From Amphiscolops sp. MND2022 (taxonomy: Eukaryota): a stretch of 64,000 bases of DNA. Of this stretch, positions 61,601 to 64,000 are shown in pieces (positions within the stretch are counted from its first letter, which is position 1; each line of letters begins with the position of its first letter). Made by a program: the position numbers and the translations under genes. Location: assembly GCA_964187785.1 (NCBI GenBank), contig OZ076409.1, positions 68,264,001-68,328,000 of the forward strand, written 5' to 3'. Below the pieces are notes generated by a model, which searched no databases, was not told where the DNA came from, and saw only the letters and a list, made by a program, of their open reading frames with translations.

Positions 61601-64000
61601 ATATCTGGACTGCTAATGAAAGTGAAAAGAAAAATGCGAAAGATGAATGGACGAAAATTGTAAAGCAGATAATTCACAGGTCTTAAAGCTGTTTAGGTAA
61701 CCTGGCAAACGAGAGGCGATGGGCTCATCATCAGAGTCATTGAGGCTGGCCCCTATTGGCGAAGTCTCCTCTGGACCAGGTTCTGGCGCAGGACCAGCGT
61801 CGCCCGACTCGGAACGAGCAGCAAGAGAACCGTCAACAGTGAAGTCATCAGGAGGGTCTACAGATGACTCGAGGCTGGTTAGAGAAGCTGGTCCTGAAGC
61901 AACTATATCAATGTCCGGCACAGCATCTTCGGGCGCAGAGGCAACAGGCGTGGGCGCAGCTGGGGGATCATACACTGTACCGACGTCGCAGTAACTTACG
62001 ACCGCCTGCACAGTTTTGTCAGCATTGGTGATCCCAGTGTCAGTTGCCACCTCCACGTACTCCACTTCGTCACGAGTAGAAGTACCCCGACAGAGAGTGA
62101 CCCGAACAGTTGGAGGACTGGCAATAGTAAAGGATCGTCTCAAAACTGGCGATAACATAGACACTGGAGCCCGCATAACGGGAGAGCTTGTACCAGTCGG
62201 ACACAGATCTTGGAAGAACGAGGAAAGATCAAGCTGGGGAGGTCCTCCCTGAGTGCTGACATCAACACTGTCACCACCGAAATCACCGGTCCCAATTCCA
62301 ACGGAGTGTGTGATGGGACGTGGTCTTGGTGCATGAATCGGCGTGGGACCTGTAAATAGAAAACCAGTAATCAAACGACGAAGATTGGAGAAGAAAGTGC
62401 GCGTAAGCCGCGCGAAGAAGGAAGATCGAAGAGAATTCATCCCAAATCCATCTTCAAAAAATGGAATTTGCGATGAATCAACCAAGGACTGCGAGTACAT
62501 ACAGCACATCTAAAAGTCATCTCGAGAATGAATTACATGGCTAATCGACCGCAAAAGGCACTACATGAAGATGAGATGGAAACATCGGAATTACATCGGA
62601 GTGCCCGGACGACGCCCTACTAGAAGAGAAAATTAGAAAAGGAGTCAACTCACTGAATTGCTGTATACTGTCTTGCAGCATGTCCCGCAAGTAACGGTCG
62701 TACCACCCGAGGTAATACTTCCGAGGGAGGCATACCAAGGAAAGTGGTCTAAAACACCAAATGGAAGGAGTCAGCGTCTGGTTGGATTAGGAAGGAGGAA
62801 CGAGAGGATTGTGGACTGAATTGAAAAATCTGGAAGGACAGTACTTACACTGCGGCAGATACGGGACATTAATTGGCTGACCAATCTGTTGATCAGGCTC
62901 AATCTGGGGTTCAGCAATAGCTGGCTGGACTGCTGGAGCTTCTTGCGGCGGCACAGTTTGAAGGGTTGTTAACTCAGATACGATGCCAACAGAATGGACT
63001 GAGTCAGCTGAAGCAAGATGTGTTTTCAGTACCTAGTTGTCCCTAGTCCGTTTGTGAAAGAAAAGGAAAATAGTGCACTTACTTTCTGTGGCCTCGGTCT
63101 CTGGTAACGAGTAGACTGAATGGATGTCTGACATCTTGAAGAAAATTGCAATCAACAATCTGAAAAGGAAGGGAAGAGAGTGAAGGAAGGAACGAAATCG
63201 AAGAACTCAGGACAGGAATTTGATCAGTAATTAAATGGCCTGATCAACCATGATTACGAGGATACAAATTCACGAGAAAAATATCAAAGAGCGCGAATGC
63301 AGCTTGAATGCCAGGGTAAATCAAATACTTGAATTTAAACGATGGAAAATCGATGAAAAACTCTCCGATTTCAAAGACTGACTACACTCTTTCTTCCCAG
63401 TTACAACCAGTTCAAAAACTTCTCAGAAAAATGGATCGTCCACTCTTAGGACTTGACTACAAAAGCTTCAAGTATTTGATTTGTTGACAGCTGCCAGTCT
63501 CAGATCGATGTCGATGAAGTTGAGCGGAAAACGCGCAAAGGAAATCGCGGCGATTTTCAAACCGACTAAACGAAAGACGGTTAACGGATCGGATGAGAAT
63601 GTTATTGACAATCGGTTGGATTTCCTCCAGTCAGAAAATTCAGTCCTCAGCCAATCAAGACAAGCAGTGGTTGCTATGGCGACGATTCATCTTTTCCTCA
63701 TCGCTGAGAAGTCAGGCAGCGGAAGCGACAACGGCGGTTGCTATGACAACAATTCATCTCTTTCCTATCGCGGGAATTTGACAACAGAGCAGCGGCGCCA
63801 GTCTATGCTAAGTCAACATCGATGCCTCGCTGAGTAAACAATTTATCGTCCATTCATCTCGAGTAGTTTCTAGCAGACAATTGGCGGCGCCACTTTACTG
63901 CCATATTGTCAATGAAGCTAACAGTAGTATTTACTCAGCGTAGGCGGTCCGAAGAAAAATTGAGATTTTCACCGAATTTATCAGCAGACCGATCTCCCAT

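Larger units (their letters stand above)
51952..63134 (-). pseudogene. Antisense multi-exon gene in Gypsy D (BED-like zinc finger plus degenerate hAT-like fold), split by the BEL insertion
   Basis: Candidate exons 63134-63083, 63007-~62595, 62509-~61690, ~61080-60514, 60365-59880, 59747-59552, ~59421-58671 plus 52132-51952. Contains CVLC-x16-H-x5-H. Ungapped blocks align with the C gene. The link between the N-terminal exons and the finger exon is uncertain. Confidence 0.72.
42009..64000 (+). mobile_element. Gypsy LTR retrotransposon D (same lineage as C), 3' LTR beyond the window, interrupted by a BEL element
   Basis: LTR ends ...GACA at 43535, followed by PBS TGGTGACAGGAGT (43536-43548), gag, a 1465-aa pol and an antisense cargo gene. 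LTR start is uncertain (TGTC at 42009 or 41829). Confidence 0.85.

Noticed and set aside
63481..63837. 118-aa plus-strand ORF
   Set aside because: No domain and no counterpart in element C; probably the spacer before D's 3' LTR.

Overview
This is an AT-rich eukaryotic window made almost entirely of transposable elements, and I found no convincing host gene. From left to right it holds: the 3' part of a LINE (RT ORF open from base 1); copies of a Helentron/HINE-like non-autonomous repeat; a decayed short-LTR Gypsy (A, 4390-10266, minus) whose 5' LTR lies inside a 1484-bp tandem duplication; a decayed hAT transposase fused to a 5'-truncated Gypsy (B); a complete 15.3-kb Gypsy (C, 22457-37772, minus, TSD CCAAG); a hAT fragment; a TA-flanked MITE carrying a Tudor-like fragment; and a related large Gypsy (D, ~42009 to beyond the window, plus). 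An RT-less BEL/Pao element (52138-58670, TSD GGACC) has inserted into D. The main discovery concerns C and D, two diverged members of one Gypsy lineage. Between pol and the 3' LTR, both carry a homologous multi-exon ANTISENSE gene encoding a BED-like zinc finger plus an apparently catalytically dead hAT-transposase-like fold, with three intron positions and phases conserved. They also share a ~150-nt structured RNA motif after pol, a 13-bp motif upstream of the antisense ATG, and a gag ORF that starts inside the LTR and reads through the PBS. D additionally has arrays of a GATG-N7-GATG motif in its non-coding regions. All alignments were made by eye and no database searches were run.
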